Origin: an uncultured Bacteroidota bacterium
GTDB taxonomy: Bacteria; Bacteroidota; Bacteroidia; Bacteroidales; VadinHA17
Length of the DNA stretch: 64,000 nt
Direction: 5' to 3'
Assembly: GCA_963843415.1 (NCBI GenBank)
Contig: CAWJKD010000005.1
Span: 563,059-627,058, forward strand
The notes beneath the pieces were generated by a model. That model was not told the origin of the DNA, did not search any database, and was given only the letters and a program-made list of their open reading frames with translations. Shown here in pieces: positions 18,361 to 28,029 of this stretch. How positions within the stretch are numbered: position 1 is the first letter of the stretch; each line of letters opens with the position of its first letter. The translations under genes were made by a program, and so were the position numbers.

Positions 18361-21330
18361 ATGACCATCGTAGAAGGGATATTGGACTTGCAGAAATATG
18401 ATTTTACTGACACATCTTTCAACCTTCTGATGCAGAAACGCATTCATCGTGTGCTCATAATATGCAGCAACTATGATAATTATATGCTTGAAGAGGATGG
18501 GAGGATCGATGAACAGATCTTTAATGAATATGTCGCCCTGAATCTACGGTATCCCCCGGTTTTTGTCCAGACTGATAATGATGAAGATGCATTTAAAGTA
18601 CTTCAGGAAGGGAATATCGATCTTGTAATTTCAATGGTCAGTCTGAAAGGATCTGATGTTTTTGCTCTGGCAAAAAGGATCAAGGAAAAATACATACATA
18701 TTCCTATTGTTGTACTTACTTATTTTTCACGGGAAGTTTCTTTACGGCTTCAGGGAGAAGATCTGAGCGCTATCGATTATGTTTTTTGCTGGCTTGGCGA
18801 TGCATCCCTGATCCTTGCTATTATAAAGCTTATTGAGGACAAAATGAATGCCGAACATGATATTGATATTGGTGTTCAGGCAATAATACTGGTGGAAAAT
18901 TCAATCAGATATATCTCCTCCTATCTGCCGAATTTATACAAGATAGTTCTTATGCAATCGCTTGATTTTCAGAAAGAAGCTCTTAATGAACATCAGAGAA
19001 TGCTTAAGATGAGAGGGCGTCCTAAAATATTACTGGCCAATAACTTCAATGATGCAGCAGATCTGTATAAAAAATATAAATACAATGTCCTTGGTGTAAT
19101 TTCCGATATAAGTTACAGCAGAGATAATATGCAGGATGAAAATGCAGGGTTTGAGCTTTGTGAAGTAGTAATGGCAGATGATGACAAAGTACCGTTCCTG
19201 CTGCAATCCTCAAATCTCGGGCATAAGAGGAAAGCCGAGGAGATGGGTGCAGGATTTATTCATAAATACTCAAGATCATTATCAATTGAGCTCCGCAATT
19301 TCATCATACAGAACCTTGCTTTCGGTCCGTTTGTTTTCAGGAATCCCGACACCCTCGAACCTATTGCAATAGCTACGGACCTGCAGAGTCTGCAACAAAA
19401 GATTCTTACCATACCTGATAATACTCTTGAATACCATGCAACGCGAAATCATTTTTCCAAGTGGTTGAATGCCAGGGCTCTGTTCCCAGTTGCTCAGATG
19501 TTCAAGTATATCAGGAAAGAAGATTTCGAAACTATGGACGAGCTGAGACGCTTCCTTTATATTGCTATCTCTAGTTTCCGGCTTGGTAAAGGGAGAGGAG
19601 TAATCGCAAAATTTGACAAGACAAGCTTCGATGAATACCAGATATTTTCAAGGATAGGAGAGGGATCAATAGGAGGTAAAGCAAGAGGTCTGGCTTTTAT
19701 TAACAGAATAATTAAGAATTATAAATTATTTAATAAGTTCCCTGACGTTCTGATAACTATTCCCCGTACAGTTGTTCTGGGTACGGATATCTTTGATGAG
19801 TTCATGGATCATAATAACCTCTATTCGGTTGCTCTATCCGATATATCAGATCCGGAGATGCTTGACAGGTTTCTCGCTGCTGAACTTCCGGGAAGAGTGT
19901 ACCAGGATTTCTATGCTTACCTCTCGGTCTCAAGAAGCCATCCGATCGCGGTCAGATCATCGAGTAAATTAGAAGATAGTTATTATCAGCCTTTTGCCGG
20001 AGTTTATTCTACATACATGATCCCGAGAATTGCTGATAATAAACTTATGGTCAAAGCTTTGTCAGATGCTATTAAACAGGTATATGCCTCAGTTTACTAT
20101 AAAGCAAGTAAAGCTTATATGACTGCAACTGCAAACGTGATTGATGAGGAAAAAATGGGCATTGTTCTTCAGGATGTTTGCGGGAACAGACATGGGAATA
20201 TGTTTTACCCTACAATATCCGGAGTCGCAAGGTCCATAAACTACTACCCGATCGGATCAGAGAAAGCGGAAGACGGAATTGCCAATGTTGCATTTGGACT
20301 TGGCAAATTGATCGTCGAAGGCGAGTTATCACTAAGGTTTTGTCCGAGAATACCCCGGAAGATATTACAGCTTTCATCTCCTGAGATTGCACTCAGTGGA
20401 ACGCAGAAGGTATTCAGAGCCCTGGATCTGAACATCAGCAGTTTTGTTCCATCGACCGACGATGGCGTTAATATCCTGAGGGTTGATATTAAAGATGCAA
20501 ATAACGATGCTGCAATGAAGTACCTGGCTTCAACGTATGACAGAACTAATAATATTCTCCGGGATGGTATTATGTACCATGGGAAGAGGGTGATCACTTT
20601 TTCCGGTATTTTACAGCATAAAACATTTCCGCTTGCAGAGATACTTACAACTCTTCTTGAACTGGGTCAGAATGAGATGAACAACCCTATTGAAATAGAA
20701 TTTGCTGTTAACCTTGAGACTCCGGCAGGCACACCCAAAACATTTAATTTCCTGCAGATCAGACCTATCGTCCAGACTGATGAGCCGCATAATGTAAATA
20801 TTGAGAACATCAAAGCCGAACGAACTATCATATTTTCCGAGTCAGCGCTTGGTAATGGATCATTTAAAGGTATCCAGGACCTCATTTATGTCAAACCCGA
20901 ATCTTTCAATCCTGCCAGGAACAAAGATATTTCAACTATAATTGAGAACCTCAACTCATCTTTTTCAGGCCAGGGGAAAGGATATATACTGGTAGGTCCG
21001 GGAAGGTGGGGATCAACTGATCCATGGCTTGGGATTCCTGTTAAATGGGCTCAGATATCTGCTGCCCGCATTATCGTTGAATCAGGATTAAAGAATTACC
21101 GCATCGATCCCAGCCAGGGAACTCATTTCTTCCAGAATCTGACATCGTTTGGAGTGGGGTATCTTACAATAAATCCTTATATAAAAGAGGGTTATTATGA
21201 TGTTGAATACCTCAACGGATTACCCTCACTTTATGAAGACGATTTTCTACGACATATAAGATTTGAAAAACCAGTCGAAATTATGATCGACGGGAAAAGG
21301 CATAAGGGTGCGATATTGAAACCGTCATGA
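18361..21330 (+). CDS. paralog of 14903-18349 without the N-terminal sensor-like module (degenerate receiver, receiver, ATP-grasp, unassigned C-terminal domain)
   Basis: 989 aa. GSIGGKARGLAFIN, IAVRSSSKLEDSYYQPFAGV, SGVARSINYYP, EIEFAVN, FLQIRP. Receiver residues are D249, S283 and K302. Starts 11 nt after the preceding gene. Confidence 0.8.
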   Translation: MTIVEGILDLQKYDFTDTSFNLLMQKRIHRVLIICSNYDNYMLEEDGRIDEQIFNEYVALNLRYPPVFVQTDNDEDAFKVLQEGNIDLVISMVSLKGSDVFALAKRIKEKYIHIPIVVLTYFSREVSLRLQGEDLSAIDYVFCWLGDASLILAIIKLIEDKMNAEHDIDIGVQAIILVENSIRYISSYLPNLYKIVLMQSLDFQKEALNEHQRMLKMRGRPKILLANNFNDAADLYKKYKYNVLGVISDISYSRDNMQDENAGFELCEVVMADDDKVPFLLQSSNLGHKRKAEEMGAGFIHKYSRSLSIELRNFIIQNLAFGPFVFRNPDTLEPIAIATDLQSLQQKILTIPDNTLEYHATRNHFSKWLNARALFPVAQMFKYIRKEDFETMDELRRFLYIAISSFRLGKGRGVIAKFDKTSFDEYQIFSRIGEGSIGGKARGLAFINRIIKNYKLFNKFPDVLITIPRTVVLGTDIFDEFMDHNNLYSVALSDISDPEMLDRFLAAELPGRVYQDFYAYLSVSRSHPIAVRSSSKLEDSYYQPFAGVYSTYMIPRIADNKLMVKALSDAIKQVYASVYYKASKAYMTATANVIDEEKMGIVLQDVCGNRHGNMFYPTISGVARSINYYPIGSEKAEDGIANVAFGLGKLIVEGELSLRFCPRIPRKILQLSSPEIALSGTQKVFRALDLNISSFVPSTDDGVNILRVDIKDANNDAAMKYLASTYDRTNNILRDGIMYHGKRVITFSGILQHKTFPLAEILTTLLELGQNEMNNPIEIEFAVNLETPAGTPKTFNFLQIRPIVQTDEPHNVNIENIKAERTIIFSESALGNGSFKGIQDLIYVKPESFNPARNKDISTIIENLNSSFSGQGKGYILVGPGRWGSTDPWLGIPVKWAQISAARIIVESGLKNYRIDPSQGTHFFQNLTSFGVGYLTINPYIKEGYYDVEYLNGLPSLYEDDFLRHIRFEKPVEIMIDGKRHKGAILKPS

Positions 21331-21343
21331 AGAGAAAATACTT

Positions 21344-22225
21344 TCAGATCACTGCACTCTCTGTTGCAACATCGTTGCTGATCTTTCTGATTAACCCCTG
21401 CAAGACTGAACCGGGACCTACTTCAGTGAAGGAAGTAGCACCATCAGCTATCATGTTCAAAATACTCTGTGTCCACTTTACCGGAGAAGTAAGCTGTGAA
21501 ACAAGATTGGCTTTTATTATATCCGGATTTAATGAAGGTTTGCCTGTAACATTCTGATATACAGGGCAAACAGGTTTTCTGAAATTTGTCGAACCGATTG
21601 CTTCTTCCAGCTCTACCCTTGCGGGTTCCATAAGGGGTGAATGGAAAGCACCGTTCACTGCCAGTCTGAGAGTCCTCTTTATACCTTTTTCCTTTAAAGC
21701 TTCAATAGCTTTATCTACACCTTCGACAGAACCTGAGATAACTATCTGGCCAGGACTGTTATAATTAGCCGGGACAACTACTTCCTTTATACCGGCACAG
21801 ATATCTTCAACCAGTTTATTTTCAGCACCCAGTATTGCAGCCATAGCTGAAGCAGTCCCTTCGCAAGCCTTCTGCATCGCCATTGCCCTTTTTGAGACAA
21901 GTATCAGACCATCTTCAAAAAGAAGCGATTTATTTGCCACAAGAGCCGAAAATTCACCAAGGGAATGACCGGCTACCATATCAGGTCTGAAATTGTCCCT
22001 GCTGACAGTAGCAAGGATTGTTGAATGGAGAAATATTGCAGGCTGGGTTACTTTTGTCTTTTTAAGATCATCCTCAGTCCCTGAGAACATCAACTCTGTG
22101 ATTCTGAATCCAAGTAATGAGTTTGCCCTCTCAAATAATTCTTTTGCCAGGGGAGATTTATCATAGAGATCTTTACCCATCCCAACGAACTGGGCTCCCT
22201 GTCCCGGGAATACATATGCTTTCAT
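21344..22225 (-). CDS. fabD: ACP S-malonyltransferase
   Basis: 293 aa. FPGQGAQ, GHSLGE active-site serine motif, and a later AFHS. Confidence 0.9.
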   Translation of the reverse strand: MKAYVFPGQGAQFVGMGKDLYDKSPLAKELFERANSLLGFRITELMFSGTEDDLKKTKVTQPAIFLHSTILATVSRDNFRPDMVAGHSLGEFSALVANKSLLFEDGLILVSKRAMAMQKACEGTASAMAAILGAENKLVEDICAGIKEVVVPANYNSPGQIVISGSVEGVDKAIEALKEKGIKRTLRLAVNGAFHSPLMEPARVELEEAIGSTNFRKPVCPVYQNVTGKPSLNPDIIKANLVSQLTSPVKWTQSILNMIADGATSFTEVGPGSVLQGLIRKISNDVATESAVI

Positions 22226-22233
22226 AAATGATA

Positions 22234-22881
22234 TTAATGCAGTCTGGTGCCTATAAGATGCACAAATTCTTCACGCGTATTAAGATGATTAAGGAATATA
22301 CCCGTAAAAGCTGAGGTAGTCGTTACAGAGTTTTGTTTTTGTACACCCCTGATCTGCATACACATATGCTGAGCTTCAATTACAACTGCTACACCAAGGG
22401 GATTAAGACAATCCTGGATACAGTTCCTTATCTGAGTTGTAAGTCGTTCCTGGACCTGGAGCCGCCTGCTGAAAGCTTCAACGACACGTGCGATTTTACT
22501 GAGACCTGTAATATAACCATCAGGTATATATGCAACATGGGCTTTCCCGAAAAAAGGCAACATATGATGTTCGCACATCGAATAGATATCGATATCTTTA
22601 ACAATAACCATTTGCCTGTATTCCTCTTTAAATTTTGCCGAATTAATTATTTCACAGGGATTTATGGAATAACCACTGGTCAGGAAATTGAGAGCTTTTG
22701 CTACTCTTTCAGGTGTCTTTATTAGACCTTCCCGATCCGGATCTTCACCGAGCAGCTTAAGGACTCTGGAATAAATTTCTGACAGTTCTTTGATATTTGC
22801 CTCATCCCATCTTTCTATTTTGCTGTAACCGTTCCCGTTATTTCCCTGGATGGTTTTCCCTGATACTGTTTTTTTCGCCAT
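22234..22881 (-). CDS. folE: GTP cyclohydrolase I
   Basis: [24 protein letters not shown], and HMCM..RGV. I prefer the start at 22881 (MAKKTV) over 22911. Either start overlaps the queD 3' end. Confidence 0.85.
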   Translation of the reverse strand: MAKKTVSGKTIQGNNGNGYSKIERWDEANIKELSEIYSRVLKLLGEDPDREGLIKTPERVAKALNFLTSGYSINPCEIINSAKFKEEYRQMVIVKDIDIYSMCEHHMLPFFGKAHVAYIPDGYITGLSKIARVVEAFSRRLQVQERLTTQIRNCIQDCLNPLGVAVVIEAQHMCMQIRGVQKQNSVTTTSAFTGIFLNHLNTREEFVHLIGTRLH

Positions 22882-23296
22882 AATATTCAATTGAATTGTT
22901 CTCGGTCTCATTAATTCTCACGCAATGCAATATTGCACCTTCTTTCTCGATATAAAGTTGAAGCTCGTTCCAGATTGAAATTGCCAGGTTCTCTGTTGTA
23001 GCAATTTTACCACTCATGAAATCAACTTCAAGATTTATATTCTTATGATCGATCTTTTCTATAACCTTCCTGAGAATTATCTCTTTGAGCGTATTCATAT
23101 TCATAACAAATCCAGTCTCCTCCGATAATTCCCCTTTTATTGTGACAAATAATTCGTAATTATGTCCATGCCAGTTTGGATTTGAACATTTCCCAAAAAC
23201 TTTCCAGTTCTTTTCATCAGGCCAATCCTTTCTGAACATCCTGTGAGCAGCACTGAATCTTTCTCTGCGGGTAAGGTAGATCATAAGCCGGTGCAT
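22838..23296 (-). CDS. queD: 6-carboxytetrahydropterin synthase / 6-pyruvoyl-tetrahydropterin synthase family
   Basis: 152 aa. FSAAHR, then C-x5-HGH ([13 protein letters not shown]). Confidence 0.8.
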   Translation of the reverse strand: MHRLMIYLTRRERFSAAHRMFRKDWPDEKNWKVFGKCSNPNWHGHNYELFVTIKGELSEETGFVMNMNTLKEIILRKVIEKIDHKNINLEVDFMSGKIATTENLAISIWNELQLYIEKEGAILHCVRINETENNSIEYYGEKNSIRENHPGK

Positions 23297-23404
23297 TAAG
23301 CTGCAATATTAACCAATAAAATTAAGGTTATAAAAGGTTTGTGTGATATATTTATATGTTGAAAAAGGAAGAAGAAGCTTGAATGGAATTAATGGAGTTT
23401 AATC

Positions 23405-24085
23405 ATGTTGAAGCGTGTATTAATTGTTGCTGCGACAGAAGCAGAAGCCGATGCCCTGAAAAGGATTCAGGGGCTTAAACCCTCACCGGATGGGTTCTTT
23501 CTGGACGGATGCGAAATAATCCTCCTTGTAACAGGTGTCGGTTCTGTAGTCACATCATGGGCAATGACAAAATGGTTCTCTTCAAATGCCAGACCTGATC
23601 TGGCAATTAACATAGGTATCGCCGGTAGTTTCAGAGAGGATATTTTAATAGGAGAGGTGGTTGTTCCTGTTTCAGATTGTTTTGCTGATGCAGGTATCGA
23701 ATCGGGAGACAGGTTTCTCACACTCGCTGAGGCCGGATTAGAAGATCCGGACAGCTTTCCCTTTAAAGCAGGCTGGATAAATGCAGATAACAGGTTCACA
23801 GAGAAGGTTGCAACAAGGATAAGACCGGTAAAGTCCGTAACAATGAACAGGGCATCAGGGTCACTTCAAACAATTCAAAAAGTGATAAATAAATTCGATC
23901 CTGATATTGAAACCATGGAAGGGGCGACTTTTTTTTATATTTGCAGCAGAGAGGAGTTACCTTTTCTTGCATTAAGGTCGATCTCGAACAAGGTTGAACC
24001 CCGAAACAAAGAGAGGTGGAATATCCCGCTGGCTATCAGTAATCTATCAGAAAAACTTGAAGATATTCTCTTAATTATTAAGTGA
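23405..24085 (+). CDS. mqnB: futalosine hydrolase (nucleosidase family)
   Basis: 226 aa. PNP/MTA-nucleosidase-like fold pattern (VAATEAEA; GIAGSF; ETMEGA). Lies immediately upstream of mqnD. Confidence 0.7.
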   Translation: MLKRVLIVAATEAEADALKRIQGLKPSPDGFFLDGCEIILLVTGVGSVVTSWAMTKWFSSNARPDLAINIGIAGSFREDILIGEVVVPVSDCFADAGIESGDRFLTLAEAGLEDPDSFPFKAGWINADNRFTEKVATRIRPVKSVTMNRASGSLQTIQKVINKFDPDIETMEGATFFYICSREELPFLALRSISNKVEPRNKERWNIPLAISNLSEKLEDILLIIK

Positions 24086-24089
24086 TAAC

Positions 24090-24929
24090 ATGAATCTTTC
24101 TCTCGGTTTTTCACCCTGTCCCAACGATACATTCATCTTTGATGCAATGGTTCACGGGAGAATAGATACGGAAGGACTTAATTTCGACTATCTTCTTGCC
24201 GATATCGAAGAACTTAACAGAAAGGCATTTAAAGGAGAGCCGGATATTACGAAAATAAGCTCTTTTGCTTATGCTTTTACAGCTCATAATTATCTGATCC
24301 TCGATTCCGGAAGCGCACTCGGGTACAAAAATGGCCCTTTGCTTATCGGTAAGCATAAAATAGATACTTCAAAATTGTCAGGTGCAAGAATAGCCATACC
24401 AGGGAAATACACGACTGCAAACATGCTTTTCAGCATAGCATGGCCTGAGGCTCTTAATAAAACAGAATTGGTATTTTCGGAAATTGAAAATGCCATTCTG
24501 AATGAAACATTTGATGCCGGCCTTATTATTCATGAAAGCCGTTTTACATATCAAAAAAAAGGATTAATCATGATTGCTGATATGGGAGAATTCTGGAAAG
24601 AACTTACAGGTTTTCCTATTCCCCTGGGGATGATTGCAATAAACAGGAGAGTTCCTCGCAAGACAGCTCTTAAAGTAAATCGCATCATTCAGAAGAGCCT
24701 TGAATATGCGTATCTCAACCCTAATGACTCATATGATTTTATGTCAAAAAATGCACAGGAGATGAAAAGAGCTGTTATGAGGAAACATATAGATCTGTAT
24801 GTGAACAGCTACACCTCCAATCTGGGGGCAGAGGGGAGAAAAGCAATTACTGAACTTTACAGGATAGGGCGGGAGAGGGGCATTATACCTGAGATGCCGG
24901 AGCAGATATTTTTGACAATTAACAATTAA
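24090..24929 (+). CDS. mqnD: 1,4-dihydroxy-6-naphthoate synthase
   Basis: 279 aa. The N-terminal LGFSPCPNDTFIFDAMVHGRIDTEG matches the MqnD signature as I remember it. Confidence 0.75.
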   Translation: MNLSLGFSPCPNDTFIFDAMVHGRIDTEGLNFDYLLADIEELNRKAFKGEPDITKISSFAYAFTAHNYLILDSGSALGYKNGPLLIGKHKIDTSKLSGARIAIPGKYTTANMLFSIAWPEALNKTELVFSEIENAILNETFDAGLIIHESRFTYQKKGLIMIADMGEFWKELTGFPIPLGMIAINRRVPRKTALKVNRIIQKSLEYAYLNPNDSYDFMSKNAQEMKRAVMRKHIDLYVNSYTSNLGAEGRKAITELYRIGRERGIIPEMPEQIFLTINN

Positions 24930-24982
24930 CAATTATCAATTTGCAATTTACTTGTAAGCACAATAACCAATAACCAACAAAA
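24915..24982. repeat. short heptanucleotide repeat tract spanning the mqnD stop codon
   Basis: (ACAATTA)x3 at 24915-24935, then the degenerate units TCAATTT and GCAATTT. (AATAACC)x2 follows at 24962-24975. The tract is G-poor and ends at the ATG of the next gene. Confidence 0.7.
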
Positions 24983-25554
24983 TGATTCTCAGGGATATTA
25001 TTTTTAAGACCCGTTCATACAGGCGTTTTGATGAGTCGTTTCAGATTCCTTACAAAACTCTTGAAGGGCTGATTGGTCTGGCCCGATTGTCTGGATCGGG
25101 AGCGAATCGCCAACCTTTGAAATACGTTATATATAATACACCGGAAGATTGTGCCAGAGTCTTTCCCTCAATAGTCTGGGCCGCATATTTAAAGGAATGG
25201 GAAGGACCCTCACCAGGTGAACGACCCTCAGGTTATATTATCATACTGGGAGACAAATCCATCACGGAAACTTTCGGGGTTGATCACGGGATTTCAGCCC
25301 AGAGTATTATGCTTGGTGCAACAGAGGCAGGCCTTGGAGGATGTATGATCGCTTCAATAAAGCGGGATATGATCCGCACAGATCTTAGTATTCCTGATAA
25401 ATTTGAGATTCTGCTTATTCTCGCACTTGGGAAACCTGTTGAGAAAGTAATAATTGATACAATAAAAGGTGATGATGTAAAGTACTGGAGAGATAATGAA
25501 ATGAATCATCATGTACCCAAAAGACCACTCAGCGAGCTTATAATAAAGCTATAA
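24982..25554 (+). CDS. nitroreductase family protein
   Basis: 190 aa. RRF, SGANRQP and a later GxGG pattern, typical of the NfsB/FRase fold. Confidence 0.8.
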   Translation: MILRDIIFKTRSYRRFDESFQIPYKTLEGLIGLARLSGSGANRQPLKYVIYNTPEDCARVFPSIVWAAYLKEWEGPSPGERPSGYIIILGDKSITETFGVDHGISAQSIMLGATEAGLGGCMIASIKRDMIRTDLSIPDKFEILLILALGKPVEKVIIDTIKGDDVKYWRDNEMNHHVPKRPLSELIIKL

Positions 25555-25566
25555 CAACTTTTATTG

Positions 25567-26286
25567 ATGAAAAGGACCTTCTCACTGTTAATCTTTCTTG
25601 GGGTTTTTACAAATCCGGATTACTGTCAGGAATTACAAAGGACAGAAGGACTGATCCTTTTTCATGGAGTAGTGATGGATGCAACAACCCGGACTCCGCT
25701 GGCAAATTCCCAGATTATAATTAACAGGAGGTATCTGTCATTAAGTGACAGTGAGGGCAAATTTACCTTTTACGTTAACCGGAGTGACACTGTTGTTGTC
25801 CGTTTGCTTGGTTACAAACCTGCACAGTTTTTTATCAGTGACTCTCTTGCCGCCCGGGAATATATAGCAGGAATTTATCTGCATTCTGATACGCTGTCGA
25901 TAGGCGAGGTGATAATTGTTCCGAGGTTAAGGAACCTTAAATCGGAAATGCTTAATACAAGGAGAGAATTAAATGTTCCTCTTGAAAATGCAAAATATAA
26001 TGTAGCGCTTTCTGCTTACCAGGGAAAGATGGGACAGAACAAGCTTGGTGATCCTTTCTCTAATTATGAGGTTTTACGTCAGAAGCAGAGGGCAGATGCC
26101 TATTCAAAAGGCCAGATACCATCCGACAGAATCTTAGGATTAAGCCCTTTTTTGCTGATCCCTGCAGCATATCTACTCATGAACGGATTACCTGAAAAAC
26201 CTTCGGCTATGCAACCACAGCTAACCAATCAGGAAATAAACCAGATCCATAAGAAATATCTGGAGACTTTGAAGCAGAAGGAATAA
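25567..26286 (+). CDS. hypothetical secreted protein with a CarboxypepD_reg-like N-terminal domain
   Basis: Signal peptide MKRTFSLLIFLGVF, then G.V.D..T..PL....I......SD..G.F (a carboxypeptidase-regulatory-like beta sandwich). The track start at 25564 is a TTG one codon upstream. Confidence 0.5.
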   Translation: MKRTFSLLIFLGVFTNPDYCQELQRTEGLILFHGVVMDATTRTPLANSQIIINRRYLSLSDSEGKFTFYVNRSDTVVVRLLGYKPAQFFISDSLAAREYIAGIYLHSDTLSIGEVIIVPRLRNLKSEMLNTRRELNVPLENAKYNVALSAYQGKMGQNKLGDPFSNYEVLRQKQRADAYSKGQIPSDRILGLSPFLLIPAAYLLMNGLPEKPSAMQPQLTNQEINQIHKKYLETLKQKE

Positions 26287-26339
26287 AGGCGTTGTTTGCC
26301 TGGGAAGATCCCATTACCGTCAGCTGCCGGCAGCCGGAT

Positions 26340-27251
26340 TTATCCCTTATAAAATATTGCTTTCATAATATGGCTTGCAATCTTCGGATTCTCTTTAAGC
26401 CTCCTTGTTGAATAGCCAAACCATTTTTCGCCGAACGGGACGTAAACTCTCATCGTATGTCTTTTATTTACAATTTCCTGCCGGAGGTTAGGAGTTACCC
26501 CATAAAGCATCTGGAATTCGCAGAGGTGTTTTGGGACATTATATTTTTCAATCAGCTTATATGCACCTTCAACAAGAGGCCTGTCATGAGTGCCAATGCC
26601 TACATGGATTTTATTTTTAAACATGAATTCAAGATCCTCAAGATAATGCATATTGATCTCTCCGTATTTTTTATACGCAATTGCCTCAGGTTCAATATAT
26701 ATTCCTTTACAGAGCCTGAAACTCAACGGAGTGGATTCGCTGTTCAGATCAGCAAGACCTTTAATGTCATCAAGTGTTCTTTTAAGATATGCCTGAACTA
26801 CAAGTCCAACATTAGCCGGAAATTCAGTTTTTAATTTGCGAAAAAGTTCAATTTCAAGCGTGGTGCATGGAGAATCTTCCATGTCGATCCTGATAAAATT
26901 ATTGTAAGATGCGGCTTTGGCGACTATTTCACGTAAATGTCTATGGCAGACATCTTTATCAATCAAAAGACCGAAGCTTGTAGGTTTGACCGAAAAATTC
27001 CCGTCTATTCCATTTTTGGCAGAGACATCCATCAGGTTCAGATATTCCTGTTTGTTAGCTTCAGCTTCATCAAGATTTTTGATGAATTCACCGAGGATGT
27101 CAAATGTCACTTTTATGTTTTTTGCGTTGAGGTCTTTGGATACCCGAAGAGCGTCCTCAATAGTTTCTCCGGAAATGTAAGAACGAGAAAAGATCCAGAT
27201 AAATTTCTTAGGAAAATAAGGTAATATTGATGCAATTAATTTATTAAACAT
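26340..27251 (-). CDS. proline dehydrogenase (monofunctional)
   Basis: 303 aa. TIM-barrel PRODH pattern (FDILGE; IRIDMEDS; VVQAYL; QMLYG; RVYVPFG..W..Y..RRL.E). Confidence 0.8.
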   Translation of the reverse strand: MFNKLIASILPYFPKKFIWIFSRSYISGETIEDALRVSKDLNAKNIKVTFDILGEFIKNLDEAEANKQEYLNLMDVSAKNGIDGNFSVKPTSFGLLIDKDVCHRHLREIVAKAASYNNFIRIDMEDSPCTTLEIELFRKLKTEFPANVGLVVQAYLKRTLDDIKGLADLNSESTPLSFRLCKGIYIEPEAIAYKKYGEINMHYLEDLEFMFKNKIHVGIGTHDRPLVEGAYKLIEKYNVPKHLCEFQMLYGVTPNLRQEIVNKRHTMRVYVPFGEKWFGYSTRRLKENPKIASHIMKAIFYKG

Positions 27252-27444
27252 AATATTTATATTAGAAAAGTCATAAATACCTTTTATTTTTCAGGGGCAA
27301 ATGAAACTGAAATCAATTTTTATTTTAATGATGTTTATCATTGAAAACGGATGCAAAGAAAGCTGAAATTATTTATTTTGAAATAATTTTTCAGAATATG
27401 CAACCATTTTTTTTAATGGGATGTCTTAAAAATGTCGTCAGTAT

Positions 27445-28008
27445 ATGATGAGCGACAACCAGATAATAACAAGGTGCGCGAAGCATGAAAGGAAGGCGCA
27501 ACAGATGCTGTACGACAGATATTCGCATTTTTTGCTTGGTGTTTGTATGAGGTATGCGGCTGATAAAGCCGAGGCCGAAGATATTTTGCAGGATAGTTTT
27601 TTGAAGATATTTTTTCACATTAAGAATTTCACAGGTACAGGATCTTTTACAGGCTGGTTGAGAAAAATCGCCGTAAATACGGCAATTACTCATTATCACA
27701 AAAACCTGAAATTCAGGTATTATGTTGAAATTGACGATTTTATATCAGCAGAGACAGGGATAACGAGCTTTGAAGAAGACTTTTTTACATCTGATGAACT
27801 CTTCAAAGTTCTGAATGAATTGCCTGCCGGATACAGGATGGTATTTAATCTGTACGCTATTGAAGGATACAAACATAAAGAGATAGCGGAAATGCTCGGG
27901 ATTGATACGAACACTTCCAAATCTCAGTATAGCAGGGCTAAAGAAGCAATACGCGGGAAACTCGGAATACTGAGAAAACTAAAAAGTAAATATTCCGACA
28001 GGGAATAA
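27445..28008 (+). CDS. RNA polymerase sigma-70 factor, ECF subfamily
   Basis: 187 aa. Region 2 (AEDILQDSFLKIF...F.GWL.KIAVN) and region 4 (YRMVFNLYAIEGYKHKEIAEMLGI..NTSKSQ..RA). Confidence 0.85.
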   Translation: MMSDNQIITRCAKHERKAQQMLYDRYSHFLLGVCMRYAADKAEAEDILQDSFLKIFFHIKNFTGTGSFTGWLRKIAVNTAITHYHKNLKFRYYVEIDDFISAETGITSFEEDFFTSDELFKVLNELPAGYRMVFNLYAIEGYKHKEIAEMLGIDTNTSKSQYSRAKEAIRGKLGILRKLKSKYSDRE

Positions 28009-28029
28009 ATGAAAACTGAGGTTATATAA

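Noticed and set aside
21327-21557. A 76-aa plus-strand ORF starting at the stop of the 989-aa gene
   Set aside because: It runs antisense through the 3' end of fabD. It is a hydrophobic, low-information peptide and probably spurious.
26323-26334. The GCTGCCGGCAGC palindrome between convergent genes as a bidirectional terminator
   Set aside because: With a minimal loop only about 4 bp can pair, and there is no U-tract on either side. This is too weak to call.
27301-27366. A 21-codon mini-ORF, MKLKSIFILMMFIIENGCKES, resembling a lipoprotein signal peptide, in the putA-like/sigma divergent region
   Set aside because: It is too short, ends right after the lipobox-like Cys, and lies in AT-rich sequence where hydrophobic codons arise by chance. 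It may be a gene relic, but that cannot be supported.
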